Of a stretch of 64,000 nt of DNA, positions 21,511 through 31,470 are shown one piece after another (the stretch's first letter is position 1; each line of letters begins with the position of its first letter). The stretch is from contig CAWJRG010000009.1 in the NCBI GenBank assembly GCA_963845185.1, forward strand, positions 192,001 to 256,000, written 5' to 3'. The stretch is from an uncultured bacterium. Lineage in GTDB: Bacteria; Oederibacteriota; PGYV01; CAWJRG01. Both the position numbers and the translations under genes were made by a program. The notes below the pieces were generated by a model. That model was not told the DNA's origin, made no database searches, and saw nothing but the letters and a program-made list of their open reading frames with translations.

Positions 21511-21622
21511 TTGGGAGGTTAAAAAGAATGTTCGGGCACACCTTAAATTCTCTACTTGCCTATGAGCCAAAAACTCCCCCGAGTTCTGAACCTTTACAAA
21601 CAATTATTTTAAAAAAGTACCT

Positions 21623-21650
21623 GGAACATTTTTTTATATAAATTGTCTAA
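21623..21650 (+). promoter_or_regulatory. Putative ECF (sigmaE/AlgU-like) promoter
   Basis: (G)GAACAT-16 nt-TCTAA, 25 nt before ATG 21676. Confidence 0.5.
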
Positions 21651-21675
21651 TTAATAGCGGGAAAGCGAGGAAGCG

Positions 21676-22404
21676 ATGAGTAATAAAAAGATATCTATAG
21701 TAATTGCATTTTTCACAGTTGTTTTTTCATTTTACCTGTACGCGGACAATTATAAATTCGGGTTCCCTTTGCATGGCACTCAAGCGTCGGATTCCGTATC
21801 CCTGGATACTATGAGAAAAATAGCCTTGAAATCTGCTGTATCCGTATGGGGACAGGCAGTGCTGGTGGCGGAAATACCGTGCTGCGGCCTGGACGGCGTA
21901 GAATCTTTTTATTATTTTGTCTTCAGGATAGACGGCGGCACTGCCGGGGATTACTCAACAATCACATCAGAAGTCATCCAAGGGAGATATGATTATAAAA
22001 AAATAATGAATTCCCCTATTAGCGATAAAAAGGAATATTATACGAAACTCCTGGATGCAAAAAAAAGGAAATGGGGCATAGGGAAGTACGGGACTGTTGT
22101 AGTGTCATGCAGGCTGTCATTCGTGCCTGTGCCCGAGTTTATACATGGCCTGCCGCCTTTCTATACCGTACTCGATATTATGGTGTTGCAATGCCCGCCG
22201 GGGGCAACGCTTACGAGAATTTATTATATTACGCCCATGGATCAGTTTTATGAATTTTCCTCAGGCGGCAAAAGCACGGTGGTTGACGGCCTGTCGCTAA
22301 AACTTGAGGGTATGGACGGCCTCAAAAAAAGATACTCCGGCTTCATGCCTTTTAATGGCGATGATAAATATTTTAAAAAAGAATGGGCACGCTATGGGCG
22401 TTAA
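21676..22404 (+). CDS. Secreted hypothetical protein, candidate stand-alone protease prodomain or inhibitor
   Basis: Signal peptide; YYFVF...YGTVVVS...PVPEF pattern; overlaps the start of the peptidase gene. Confidence 0.6.
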   Translation: MSNKKISIVIAFFTVVFSFYLYADNYKFGFPLHGTQASDSVSLDTMRKIALKSAVSVWGQAVLVAEIPCCGLDGVESFYYFVFRIDGGTAGDYSTITSEVIQGRYDYKKIMNSPISDKKEYYTKLLDAKKRKWGIGKYGTVVVSCRLSFVPVPEFIHGLPPFYTVLDIMVLQCPPGATLTRIYYITPMDQFYEFSSGGKSTVVDGLSLKLEGMDGLKKRYSGFMPFNGDDKYFKKEWARYGR

Positions 22405-25400
22405 AAAAACCTTCCTCATATCAGCCTTTATATTTTTGTGCGTATTTTTATTGCGTGCGGATTACCATTATATACCTTATATGGACGGGGAAGACATGAC
22501 ACTCATGCCTGCCTTTATTTGGTACGCCGGGTGCGGCCCGACATCGGCGTGCATGGTATTGGGATACTGGGATAATTACAGTGCTATGGGTGGAGGAACC
22601 TACGGCAAGAACATAAATTACGGCAAATTGATACAATATTATATGGATGAAACAGCTTTACAGACGCTAAACGGGTTCGATGGTTTTCCGTATACGTGGC
22701 TTGCCATGGTCGATAATGTGCCAACGGCAAGAACACAATACGAATTGGCGTGTTATATGCATGCTGATGGTGCGGGCGGCGTAGGCGCTGGTATGGAAAC
22801 GGTTGGAATGGAAACTGTGGCGGGCCTAAGAGGATATACCGATGCGACCAGTACTTATGTATTTGGAAATGCGGATAATGACTGGGCATGGCAGAACCTT
22901 GTGAATTCCATTAACAGCGGGCAGCCATGCATATGGACAAATGTTCCTGTAACAAGCCCGCTACAGGGCCATGATATGGCAGCATGGGGATATAATGACG
23001 ACAAGTATGTCATGGTTTATAACACCTGGGATGAAATGCGCCATGATTATTATTATCAATATTATGTCGGAATGACCAGCGTGGCCAATGTGGAAACAGG
23101 TGTGGCAACATTTAATCCAGGAACTATGGGTATGGATTCTGATGTGGAGCTTTTTTTACCTAATGGAGGAGATGCATGGGCAAATAATATCCCTCAAAGC
23201 ATACACTGGCAGCAGTATGGCCCAAGCATTGATACAGTGAATATATTTTATTCCCAGGACGGCGGGCTGGACTGGTCACAAATAACATCCACGGCCAGCG
23301 TTACAGGAGACAATTATTTTACATGGACCCCTCCCGGGACAATAAATTCGTCAAGAATGAGGGTAAGGATAGAAGGGTGGTCGGGAGGCGGGAACGGGCT
23401 GCATTACGGCGATGACGGAAGCAAACTGAATTTTTCGTGCCTGGCACCGACATGTACAGTGACGCCTGTAATGACGCCGACAACTACACCGATATTTTCT
23501 GTTACGTTTGTAGTGTCTCCAACAGACACACCGACGGCAACGATAACAGTTATGCCTACTGTTCCAACAATACTATCCAGCCCAACGCCTTGTTTCATAA
23601 CCCAGTGGGGTAGTCAAGGCAGCGGTAACGGGCAGTTTTACTTTCCTACAGGTGTTGCTATAGACAACAGCGGAAACATATATGTTGCAGACCAAATTAA
23701 TAACAGGATCGAAGAATTCAGCAGCAACGGCATATATATAACGCAATGGGGCAGCACCGGAACAGGCAGCGGACAGCTTGATTATCCTGAAGGACTGACG
23801 ATAGACAGCAGCGGAAACGTGTATATTGCAGATACCTATAATAACAGGATAGAAAAATTCAGCGGCGCGGGCACTTATATAACTCAATGGGGCAGCAATG
23901 GCACCGCTAACAGCCAGTTTAATTATCCTTACGGAGTAGCGGCAGACAGCAATGGGAACATATATGTTACAGACAAGGATAACGACAGAATACAAAAATT
24001 CAGCAGTACAGGCACATATATAATGCAATGGGGAAGTTTTGGAGGCGGCAATGGGCAGTTTAATAATCCTTATGGAATAGCAGTGGACAGCAGCGGAAAC
24101 GTGTATGTAGTGGACAGGGGAAATTTCAGGGTTCAAAAATTCGACAGTACCGGGACATATATAACACAATGGGGCAGTAAAGGATACTTCGGCGGTGTAC
24201 AGCTTGATTACCCGCAGGGAATAGCTCTTGACAGCGGCGGGAACGTATATGTAGCAGACTGGGCGAGTGAAAGGATACAGGAATACAGCAGTACGGGCAC
24301 ATTTATAACCCAGTGGGGCAGATACGGCACCGGTATAGGGCAGTTTAACGGCCTTTATGGAATAGCATTGGACGGCAACGGAGATGTGTATGTAGCAGAT
24401 GAGGCCAATTATAGAATCCAGGAATTTGGCTTTTGTGGAAGCCCTTCGCCGACAATAACATTAACGGCAACATATACATCTACTGCAATATCTGATTTTA
24501 CACCAACAATAACGCCAACATACGCTCCAACTTTAGCATCCGGGCCTACTCCTTGTTTTATTCTTAAATGGGGAGTTACCGGAAGCGGCAATGGGCAATT
24601 TCATGGTTCTGAAGGAGTAGCGGTAGACAGCAGCGGAAATGTTTATGTTTCGGATGCAGGTAACAGCAGAATACAAAAATTCAGCAGCACAGGCACATAT
24701 ATAACGCAATGGGGAATTTTGGGAAACGGGAACGGGCAGTTTAATGCCCCTCGTGGAGTAGCAATAGATAGCAGCGGAAACGTGTATGTTGCAGACGGTA
24801 TGAATTACAGAATACAAAAATTCAGCAGTACAGGCACATATATAACCCAATGGGGTGGTGTCAATGGAACTGGCAATGGGCAATTTGATGTTCCCTACGG
24901 AGTAGCAGTAGATAGCAGCGGAAATGTGTATGTTACAGACATGGATAATAATAGAATTCAAAAATTTGACAGTACAGGCACATATATAACGCAATGGGGA
25001 AGTAGTCGTTTCAATCCAGGAAGCGGCGATGGACAGTTGAACGGTCCTTTGGGAATAGCTGTAGACAGTAGCGAAAATGTGTATGTTGCAGATACGGGGA
25101 ATAGCAGAATAGAAAAATTTAGTAATACCGGAACATATATAACACAATGGGGTAGTATTGGAACTAACCCTGGACAATTTACTAATCCTTATGGAGTAGC
25201 AGCAGATAATAGTGAAAATATATTTGTTACAGATTGGATGAATAACAACATTCAGGAATTTAGTAACACAGGAATATATATAACACAATGGGGTGGACTT
25301 CCTACTGGAGCTGTTAACGGACAATTAAACCGTCCCAATGGAGTAGCGCTGGACAGCAGCGGATATATATATATTGCAGATACACAGAATAACAGAGTTC

Positions 25401-26968
25401 AAAAATTTGGCTCATGCGGCACGCCTACGCCGACTGTAGAAGCAACGCCTTCAGTTACACAAACCATAACTGAAACAGCAACGATGACGCAAACTGCAAC
25501 TATGACATTCACCATGACACAGACATACACAGCAACACCTGCAGTGTCAGCGACAGACACACCGACAATAACCCCGACATACACTGCAACTTTAATATCA
25601 GGGCCCGCGCCCTGTTTCATCCTTGACTGGGGAGCACCCGGGGCAGACAACGGGCAGTTTAATAATCTTAATGGAGTTGCAGCAGACGGCAGCGGTAATG
25701 TATATGTATCAGACTCCGGCAACAACAGGATTGAGGAATTCAGCAGTACAGGCGCGTATATAACACAATGGGGCAGTACCGGAGCCGGCATGGGGCAGTT
25801 TAACAGTCCTATAGGAATAGCAATAGACAGCAACGGAAGCCTGTATGTTTCAGATTCTGAAAATTACAGGATACAAAAATTTAACAATACAGGCATGTAC
25901 ATGACCCAGTGGGGAAGCCAGGGGACCGGAAACGGGCAGTTTAGCAGCCCTGCCGGACTGGCAGTAAACAGCAACGGAAACGTGTATGTTGCAGACGCAG
26001 GGAATAATAGAATAGAAGAGTTCAGCAGCGCAGGGGCGTATGTCACCCAGTGGGGCAGTTCCGGAAGCGGAAACGGACAGTTTTACATTCCTGCCGGGGT
26101 TGCTATAGACAACAGCGGAAACATATATGTTGTAGACATGGATAATAACAGGATTCAGGAATTCAGCGGTACAGGCGCATATATAACCCAGTTTGGCGGG
26201 GCCGGAATCGGAAATGGGCAGCTTTTTTACCCCAAAGGATTAGCAATAGACAGCAACGGAAACATATATGTATCAGACAACATGAATAATAGAATCGAAG
26301 AATTCGGCAGCGATGAAACTTATTTTACACAATGGGGCGATTACGGGAGCGGCGCGGGGCAGTTTAATATGCCTGCTGGAATTGCAGTTGATAACAGTGG
26401 AAATGTATATGTTGCAGATGTTAACAATTACAGAGTTCAAAAATTTGGCTCATGTGGCAGTCCTACAGCAACTCCAACGTTAACGCCTTCATTAACACAA
26501 ACAATGATTGCAACAGGGACAATGACATGTTCAAGTACAGTATCTCCAACCTCTACATATACAAAAACTCCGACAAGTACAAACACAACTAGTCCTACTC
26601 CAACAATGACAATAACTCAAACATTGACACAGACTGTCACCTTTACTATAACACCGACAAAAACAATGATTCCTGCGTCTTTTCGTTTTAAACTTATAAC
26701 AAATTCTCCAAACCCTGCGAATGACTATACTTATATTATCTATGAGCTCGGCGAGGAAGCGGATGTGAACGTGAAGATATATACAATAAGCGGGGAAAAA
26801 GTAACCACACTTGAGCAGCAAGGCTCGCAGGGAACAAACAGTATTAGATGGGATTGCAAAAATTTCGCAGGCAAGGATGTCGCAAGCGGGATATATATAT
26901 ATAGAATTGAAGCAATATCAGGCAGCAATAAGGCAAAAGCGTGGGGTAAGCTGGCAGTGCTGCGTTAA
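22394..26968 (+). CDS. Secreted papain-like (C39-like) peptidase with Ig-like domain, three NHL beta-propellers, T/P-rich linkers and FlgD/T9SS-type C-terminal domain
   Basis: Signal peptide from ATG 22394; GCGPTSACMVLGYW, GHDMAAWGY, YNTWD; PNGGD domain; 3x6 NHL repeats; SPNP...KIYTISGEKV...WD...VASGIYIY. Confidence 0.85.
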   Translation: MGVKKTFLISAFIFLCVFLLRADYHYIPYMDGEDMTLMPAFIWYAGCGPTSACMVLGYWDNYSAMGGGTYGKNINYGKLIQYYMDETALQTLNGFDGFPYTWLAMVDNVPTARTQYELACYMHADGAGGVGAGMETVGMETVAGLRGYTDATSTYVFGNADNDWAWQNLVNSINSGQPCIWTNVPVTSPLQGHDMAAWGYNDDKYVMVYNTWDEMRHDYYYQYYVGMTSVANVETGVATFNPGTMGMDSDVELFLPNGGDAWANNIPQSIHWQQYGPSIDTVNIFYSQDGGLDWSQITSTASVTGDNYFTWTPPGTINSSRMRVRIEGWSGGGNGLHYGDDGSKLNFSCLAPTCTVTPVMTPTTTPIFSVTFVVSPTDTPTATITVMPTVPTILSSPTPCFITQWGSQGSGNGQFYFPTGVAIDNSGNIYVADQINNRIEEFSSNGIYITQWGSTGTGSGQLDYPEGLTIDSSGNVYIADTYNNRIEKFSGAGTYITQWGSNGTANSQFNYPYGVAADSNGNIYVTDKDNDRIQKFSSTGTYIMQWGSFGGGNGQFNNPYGIAVDSSGNVYVVDRGNFRVQKFDSTGTYITQWGSKGYFGGVQLDYPQGIALDSGGNVYVADWASERIQEYSSTGTFITQWGRYGTGIGQFNGLYGIALDGNGDVYVADEANYRIQEFGFCGSPSPTITLTATYTSTAISDFTPTITPTYAPTLASGPTPCFILKWGVTGSGNGQFHGSEGVAVDSSGNVYVSDAGNSRIQKFSSTGTYITQWGILGNGNGQFNAPRGVAIDSSGNVYVADGMNYRIQKFSSTGTYITQWGGVNGTGNGQFDVPYGVAVDSSGNVYVTDMDNNRIQKFDSTGTYITQWGSSRFNPGSGDGQLNGPLGIAVDSSENVYVADTGNSRIEKFSNTGTYITQWGSIGTNPGQFTNPYGVAADNSENIFVTDWMNNNIQEFSNTGIYITQWGGLPTGAVNGQLNRPNGVALDSSGYIYIADTQNNRVQKFGSCGTPTPTVEATPSVTQTITETATMTQTATMTFTMTQTYTATPAVSATDTPTITPTYTATLISGPAPCFILDWGAPGADNGQFNNLNGVAADGSGNVYVSDSGNNRIEEFSSTGAYITQWGSTGAGMGQFNSPIGIAIDSNGSLYVSDSENYRIQKFNNTGMYMTQWGSQGTGNGQFSSPAGLAVNSNGNVYVADAGNNRIEEFSSAGAYVTQWGSSGSGNGQFYIPAGVAIDNSGNIYVVDMDNNRIQEFSGTGAYITQFGGAGIGNGQLFYPKGLAIDSNGNIYVSDNMNNRIEEFGSDETYFTQWGDYGSGAGQFNMPAGIAVDNSGNVYVADVNNYRVQKFGSCGSPTATPTLTPSLTQTMIATGTMTCSSTVSPTSTYTKTPTSTNTTSPTPTMTITQTLTQTVTFTITPTKTMIPASFRFKLITNSPNPANDYTYIIYELGEEADVNVKIYTISGEKVTTLEQQGSQGTNSIRWDCKNFAGKDVASGIYIYRIEAISGSNKAKAWGKLAVLR

Positions 26969-27127
26969 AGCATATGTAAAAGTTCCTAATTATAAGGTTA
27001 AAATGGGGTGTTCGCTTTTAATTTCTAAATAATATACTCAATAAAGACAGAATTTTGATTGGTGATAATTATAATTGTAAATTAAGGTATAATATGTTAT
27101 TTTATGTAAAAAAGGAGGTTGCGGTTA

Positions 27128-28108
27128 ATGGTAGTAGTGACAGGCGGAGCAGGATTCATCGGCAGCGCCATAGTGGCAGGCCTCAATGCAAGGGGCATGA
27201 AAGATATAATTATTGTGGATGTGCTGGACGAGACTGAAAAGTGGAAAAACCTGGTAAATTTAAAATTCGCAGAATACGAAGACAGGGACGGATTCATAAA
27301 AGGGATAGTATATGATGAAAAAGAATACAGGGATTCCATAGAAGGCATAATTCACATGGGGGCCTGCTCCTCAACTACCGAAAAAAACGCCGCGTTTTTA
27401 ATGGAAAATAATTATAAATACAGCCAGTACCTTGCCGAGTGGTGCGCCAGGAACGATAAGAAATTCGTATACGCTTCAAGCGGTGCTACATATGGAGACG
27501 GAAAATTAGGTTTTTCCGACGACCATGCAATTACCGAAAGGTTGAGGCCGCTTAATATGTATGGTTATTCAAAACACTTATTTGATTTATGGGCGATCAG
27601 GGCAGGAATTATAGAGAAGGCAGCAGGCCTGAAATATTTTAACGTTTATGGCCCAAACGAGTACCATAAGTCGGACATGCGAAGCGTAGCGCACAAAGCT
27701 TTTGGCCAGATAAAATCAGAAGGTAAATTAAGACTCTTTAAATCATATAAGGAAGGCATAAAAGACGGCGGTCAGATGAGGGACTTTATTTATATAAAGG
27801 ACGCAGTCAATATGACACTTTTTATCTATGATAACAATTTAAAAGGGCTCATTAATGTCGGTACTGGCAAAGCAAGAAGTTTTTATGACATGGCAATTGC
27901 TATTTTTAAAGCAATGGGCAGGGAAACAAATATAGAATATATAGATATGCCTGGGGATATAAAGGATAAATACCAGTATTTTACTGAAGCAGACATGGGA
28001 AAACTTATTAAAACCGCTAAATATCAAGAGAAAATTTTTTCGCTTGAAGAGGGAATTGAGGATTATGTAAAGAGTTATTTGATGATGGAAGACCAGTATT
28101 TGAAGTAA
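27128..28108 (+). CDS. hldD: ADP-L-glycero-D-manno-heptose 6-epimerase
   Basis: VTGGAGFIGS, HMGACSSTTE, PLNMYGYSK, YFNVYGPNEYHK, YQYFTEA. Confidence 0.96.
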   Translation: MVVVTGGAGFIGSAIVAGLNARGMKDIIIVDVLDETEKWKNLVNLKFAEYEDRDGFIKGIVYDEKEYRDSIEGIIHMGACSSTTEKNAAFLMENNYKYSQYLAEWCARNDKKFVYASSGATYGDGKLGFSDDHAITERLRPLNMYGYSKHLFDLWAIRAGIIEKAAGLKYFNVYGPNEYHKSDMRSVAHKAFGQIKSEGKLRLFKSYKEGIKDGGQMRDFIYIKDAVNMTLFIYDNNLKGLINVGTGKARSFYDMAIAIFKAMGRETNIEYIDMPGDIKDKYQYFTEADMGKLIKTAKYQEKIFSLEEGIEDYVKSYLMMEDQYLK

Positions 28109-28110
28109 TA

Positions 28111-28152
28111 ATCGGGAAACGGGAAGCGGGAATTGTGATTCGGGAAATGAAA
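28111..28152. repeat. Heptamer tandem repeat (CGGGAA(A/G/T))
   Basis: ATCGGGAAACGGGAAGCGGGAATTGTGATTCGGGAAAT. Confidence 0.6.
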
Positions 28153-28187
28153 ATTATTTTTAAATGAGAAAAAAGGAGGAAAATAAA

Positions 28188-28508
28188 ATGAAAAATTTCA
28201 TTATAATTTTGCTTTTGATTGCCGGAATATGGTTTGTTTATACCAAAATCATGGAAAATCAGCCGAAAAAGGAAGTAAACGCAGCGACAAATTACGCGGA
28301 TAACCTGAAAAAAAGCGAGGAAAAAGCAGAAGCTGCAAAAAACACAGCCAATCTTACCGTGATAAAACAAGCAATAACTGCGTTCAAGGGCACTGAGGGA
28401 AGATTTCCAGCAAACCTCGATGAACTTACGACAAAAAACTATATTGACCGCATACCTCAGGGTGATTACAATTACGACCCTGCGACAGGAGAAGTAAGCT
28501 TTAAATAA
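28188..28508 (+). CDS. Small membrane-anchored protein with GspG/pseudopilin-like C-terminus
   Basis: GGAGG RBS; TM; IKQAITAF...GRFPANLDEL...YNYDPATGEV. Confidence 0.6.
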   Translation: MKNFIIILLLIAGIWFVYTKIMENQPKKEVNAATNYADNLKKSEEKAEAAKNTANLTVIKQAITAFKGTEGRFPANLDELTTKNYIDRIPQGDYNYDPATGEVSFK

Positions 28509-28627
28509 TCTCGGGTTAAGGGTTTCGAACTCAAAGCAACGGTTTTCTCTTTACAAAATACATTTTTGGAATATAATACTTATAGATTCAATTTAACCCC
28601 TTAAAAAACAGCAAAAGGAGGCAAATT

Positions 28628-29632
28628 ATGCCCACATTTATGGAAACTATTTATGAAAAAGCAAAGAAAAACCCTAAAAAAGTAGTATTCCCTGAAGGTA
28701 ATGACGAAAGGACGGTTGAAGCTGCGGTAAAAGCCACACAAATGGGACTTGCGAAAGTCGCAATGATTGGAACACCGGATAAAATAAAAGAAATTGCAAA
28801 AGCAAAATCTTTTGACTTAAAGGGGATTGAAATCATAGATTTAGTTAACCTGCCGAACGTTGACGCTTACGCAAAAGAATTTCTTGATTTGAGAAAAGGC
28901 AAGTGCCCGTCAATGGATGATGCACTTGCTACCATGAAAAAAGACGTGTATTACGGCGCCATGATGGTGAGAAAGGGGATTGCGGATACTTTTGTCGCCG
29001 GAGCTGTCAATACGACATCCGATGTTTCAAGGGCGGCAATTTACCTTATAGGAATGAAGCAGGGCATAAAAACGCTTTCCAGTTTTTTTGTAATGATACT
29101 GCCTGACAAATCATTCGGCAAGGACGGCATACTTTTTTACTCTGACGGCGGATTTGTAATAGACCCGACAGACGAGCAACTCGCGGACATAGCCGTAACA
29201 ACAGGTGCCACATACAGGGAACTTATGGGAGAAGAGCCTAGAGTTGCCCTGCTTTCTTTTTCTACAAAAGGAAGCGCGAAGCACGAACGCATTGATAAAG
29301 TAACAAGGGCGCTGGCAATAGCCAAAAAGATTGACCCCACGCTTATAATAGACGGCGAGATGCAGGGAGATGCCGCGCTCATACCGGCTGTCGGCGCGAA
29401 AAAAGCACCGGGCTCGCCTGTGGCAGGCAAGGCGACGGTTTTGATATTTCCGGACCTTGACTCAGGTAATATAGCCTACAAATTAACCGAGCGCCTGGCA
29501 AAAGCCGAGGCATACGGCCCGATATACCAGGGAACATCAAAACCATGCAGTGATTTGTCGCGCGGGTGCAAGGCGTCGGATATAATGAACGTGGCAGCGA
29601 TAAATGTGGTAAGATTGCAGAATATGAAATAA
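28628..29632 (+). CDS. pta: Phosphate acetyltransferase
   Basis: VVFPEG, LLSFSTKGSA, DGEMQGDAA, FPDLDSGNIAYK, DLSRG. Confidence 0.96.
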   Translation: MPTFMETIYEKAKKNPKKVVFPEGNDERTVEAAVKATQMGLAKVAMIGTPDKIKEIAKAKSFDLKGIEIIDLVNLPNVDAYAKEFLDLRKGKCPSMDDALATMKKDVYYGAMMVRKGIADTFVAGAVNTTSDVSRAAIYLIGMKQGIKTLSSFFVMILPDKSFGKDGILFYSDGGFVIDPTDEQLADIAVTTGATYRELMGEEPRVALLSFSTKGSAKHERIDKVTRALAIAKKIDPTLIIDGEMQGDAALIPAVGAKKAPGSPVAGKATVLIFPDLDSGNIAYKLTERLAKAEAYGPIYQGTSKPCSDLSRGCKASDIMNVAAINVVRLQNMK

Positions 29633-29661
29633 ATTTTTAAAACGAAAACCGGAGGAATATC

Positions 29662-30882
29662 ATGAAGGTAATAGTCATAAACTGCGGAAGCTCATCCCTT
29701 AAATTCAAGCTGTTCGATATGGAAAAAAACAACGTGCTTTTGGCAGAGGGACTTGTGGAGGAAATAGGCAAGGAAAAATCAAAGTTTAACTATAAAAATA
29801 ACAAGATGAAAAAAGACGAAAAATTTGTCAAAGATGTGGAGGCAAAAGATCACACCCAGGCTGTTGATGTAGTCGCGAAAACGCTCATTGACCCGAAGGT
29901 TGGGATTTTTGAAGGTAAAATACAGGTTGACGCTGTCGGACACAGGGTGGTACACGGAGCGGAAAAATTTTCTAAATCAGCATTAATTACAAAAGGCGTG
30001 AAAGAAGTAATACAGGAGTGCTTTGAAATAGCGCCTTTGCATAATCCCCCAAACTACGCAGGAATAGAGGCGTGCGAGGCAATATTTCCGGGAATACCGC
30101 AGGTGGCGGTATTTGATACCGCTTTTCACCAGACAATGACCAAACAGGCGTATATTTACGGCCTTCCATATGAGCTTTATGAACGCTATCATATAAGGAA
30201 ATACGGTTTTCACGGCACATCGCATGAGTATGTTTCTAAAAGGGCCGCGGAAATACTTAAAAAAGACATAAAAAAGCTTAAAATAGTAACCTGCCATCTC
30301 GGCAACGGCTCAAGTATGGCAGCGGTAAAGGGTGGCCAGTCATTTGACACTACAATGGGATTTACGCCGCTTGAGGGACTTCTCATGGGCACAAGGACAG
30401 GCGACATGGACCCGGCAGTTGTCACGTTTCTGATGAGGAAAGAACATTTAAGCATGGACGACATGGATAACCTAATGAACAAAAAAAGCGGATTTAAAGG
30501 TATTTCGGGAGTGTCTAACGATTTGCGCGAGATAATGGAGGCAGCCGGGCACAACAATTCAAGGGCACAGTTTACGATAGATATTTTTTGCTATCGTATA
30601 ACAAAATACATAGGCGCGTACGCTGCGGCAATGGGCGGGCTTGACGCAGTAGTATTCACGGGCGGCATAGGCGAAAATGCGGTTGAAGTCAGGGCAAAAG
30701 TCTTGCAGCCGCTTAAATTTTTAGGCATTGTTGTTGACGAGAAAAAGAATTGTTCAAAGGAAAAGGAAAAAATAATTTCAAAAGGAAGGGTCAAGGTACT
30801 TGTCGTGCCGACAAATGAAGAACTTGCCATAGCGCAAAAGACGAAATTTGTCGTAGAGGAATCGGGAAACACATACAGGTAA
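29662..30882 (+). CDS. ackA: Acetate kinase
   Basis: INCGSSSLK, GHRVVHG, APLHNP, FDTAFHQT, HLGNG, GGIGEN, TNEE. Confidence 0.98.
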   Translation: MKVIVINCGSSSLKFKLFDMEKNNVLLAEGLVEEIGKEKSKFNYKNNKMKKDEKFVKDVEAKDHTQAVDVVAKTLIDPKVGIFEGKIQVDAVGHRVVHGAEKFSKSALITKGVKEVIQECFEIAPLHNPPNYAGIEACEAIFPGIPQVAVFDTAFHQTMTKQAYIYGLPYELYERYHIRKYGFHGTSHEYVSKRAAEILKKDIKKLKIVTCHLGNGSSMAAVKGGQSFDTTMGFTPLEGLLMGTRTGDMDPAVVTFLMRKEHLSMDDMDNLMNKKSGFKGISGVSNDLREIMEAAGHNNSRAQFTIDIFCYRITKYIGAYAAAMGGLDAVVFTGGIGENAVEVRAKVLQPLKFLGIVVDEKKNCSKEKEKIISKGRVKVLVVPTNEELAIAQKTKFVVEESGNTYR

Positions 30883-30907
30883 CGGGTTATCCGGGAAGGG
30901 CACAGAA

Positions 30908-31135
30908 ATGAAAAAAAAGATGAGAAAAACACGTACCATATTGTTCAGGCTTAACGACGAACAGGTTAAATGGGTAAAAGAATATGCAAAAGCAGAGGGT
31001 AAAACAGTTTCCGCGTTCCTGCGGTGGCTTGTGCTAAACCATAAGAAAGATGTTATTTCCGATACTGAAAAACTCATTATAGAAAAACATAAAAAGCTGA
31101 TTGAGAAATATAAAGATCTCGAAGAAAACGGTTAA
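30908..31135 (+). CDS. Small ribbon-helix-helix-like DNA-binding protein
   Basis: TRTILFRLNDEQ...YAKAEGKTVSAFLR. Confidence 0.6.
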   Translation: MKKKMRKTRTILFRLNDEQVKWVKEYAKAEGKTVSAFLRWLVLNHKKDVISDTEKLIIEKHKKLIEKYKDLEENG

Positions 31136-31222
31136 CGGCAGGCACAATTAACTACATGTTGAAGTTTTTGGGTAATTAATTTATAAGGATAAAATCGTTT
31201 AGTTCTGCAACACAAAAACACC

Positions 31223-31251
31223 TTGACAAGCTATAAAACATATTGTAATAT
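31223..31251 (+). promoter_or_regulatory. Sigma70 promoter of the infC operon
   Basis: TTGACA-17 nt-TAATAT. Confidence 0.7.
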
Positions 31252-31271
31252 TTTGCCTGTTTAAAAAAACA

Positions 31272-31374
31272 AGGAAGAAGGAGCCATGGCTTCTCACCTG
31301 AGGAGAAAAAACTGCTCGGGTTAATATGAAGTTAAAATTTGGAGGAGATGGCTTAATGCCATCTTTTTGTTTTA
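31272..31374 (+). promoter_or_regulatory. Ribosomal protein L20 leader with terminator
   Basis: GCTTCTCACCTGA...GGGTT core; AGATGGC/GCCATCT hairpin plus T-tract; upstream of infC-rpmI-rplT. Confidence 0.75.
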
Positions 31375-31470
31375 TATAGCCGCTGTTTAAGCGGCATGGC
31401 CGGATGTAATGCCGGCCTGAAAATCATGAGGGTTGGACAACCAGCCCCGGCGCTTTTAGGAGGTGCCAAC

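Noticed and set aside
22304..22393. Upstream start for the 1554-aa ORF
   Set aside because: It lies inside the previous gene; the signal peptide begins at ATG 22394
23588..26458. Regular ~141-bp DNA repeats as a CRISPR array
   Set aside because: They are in-frame NHL coding repeats with no repeat-spacer structure and no cas genes
31396..31470. N-terminal extension of IF-3 from the ORF track
   Set aside because: The RBS-ATT start at 31471 fits the known infC start
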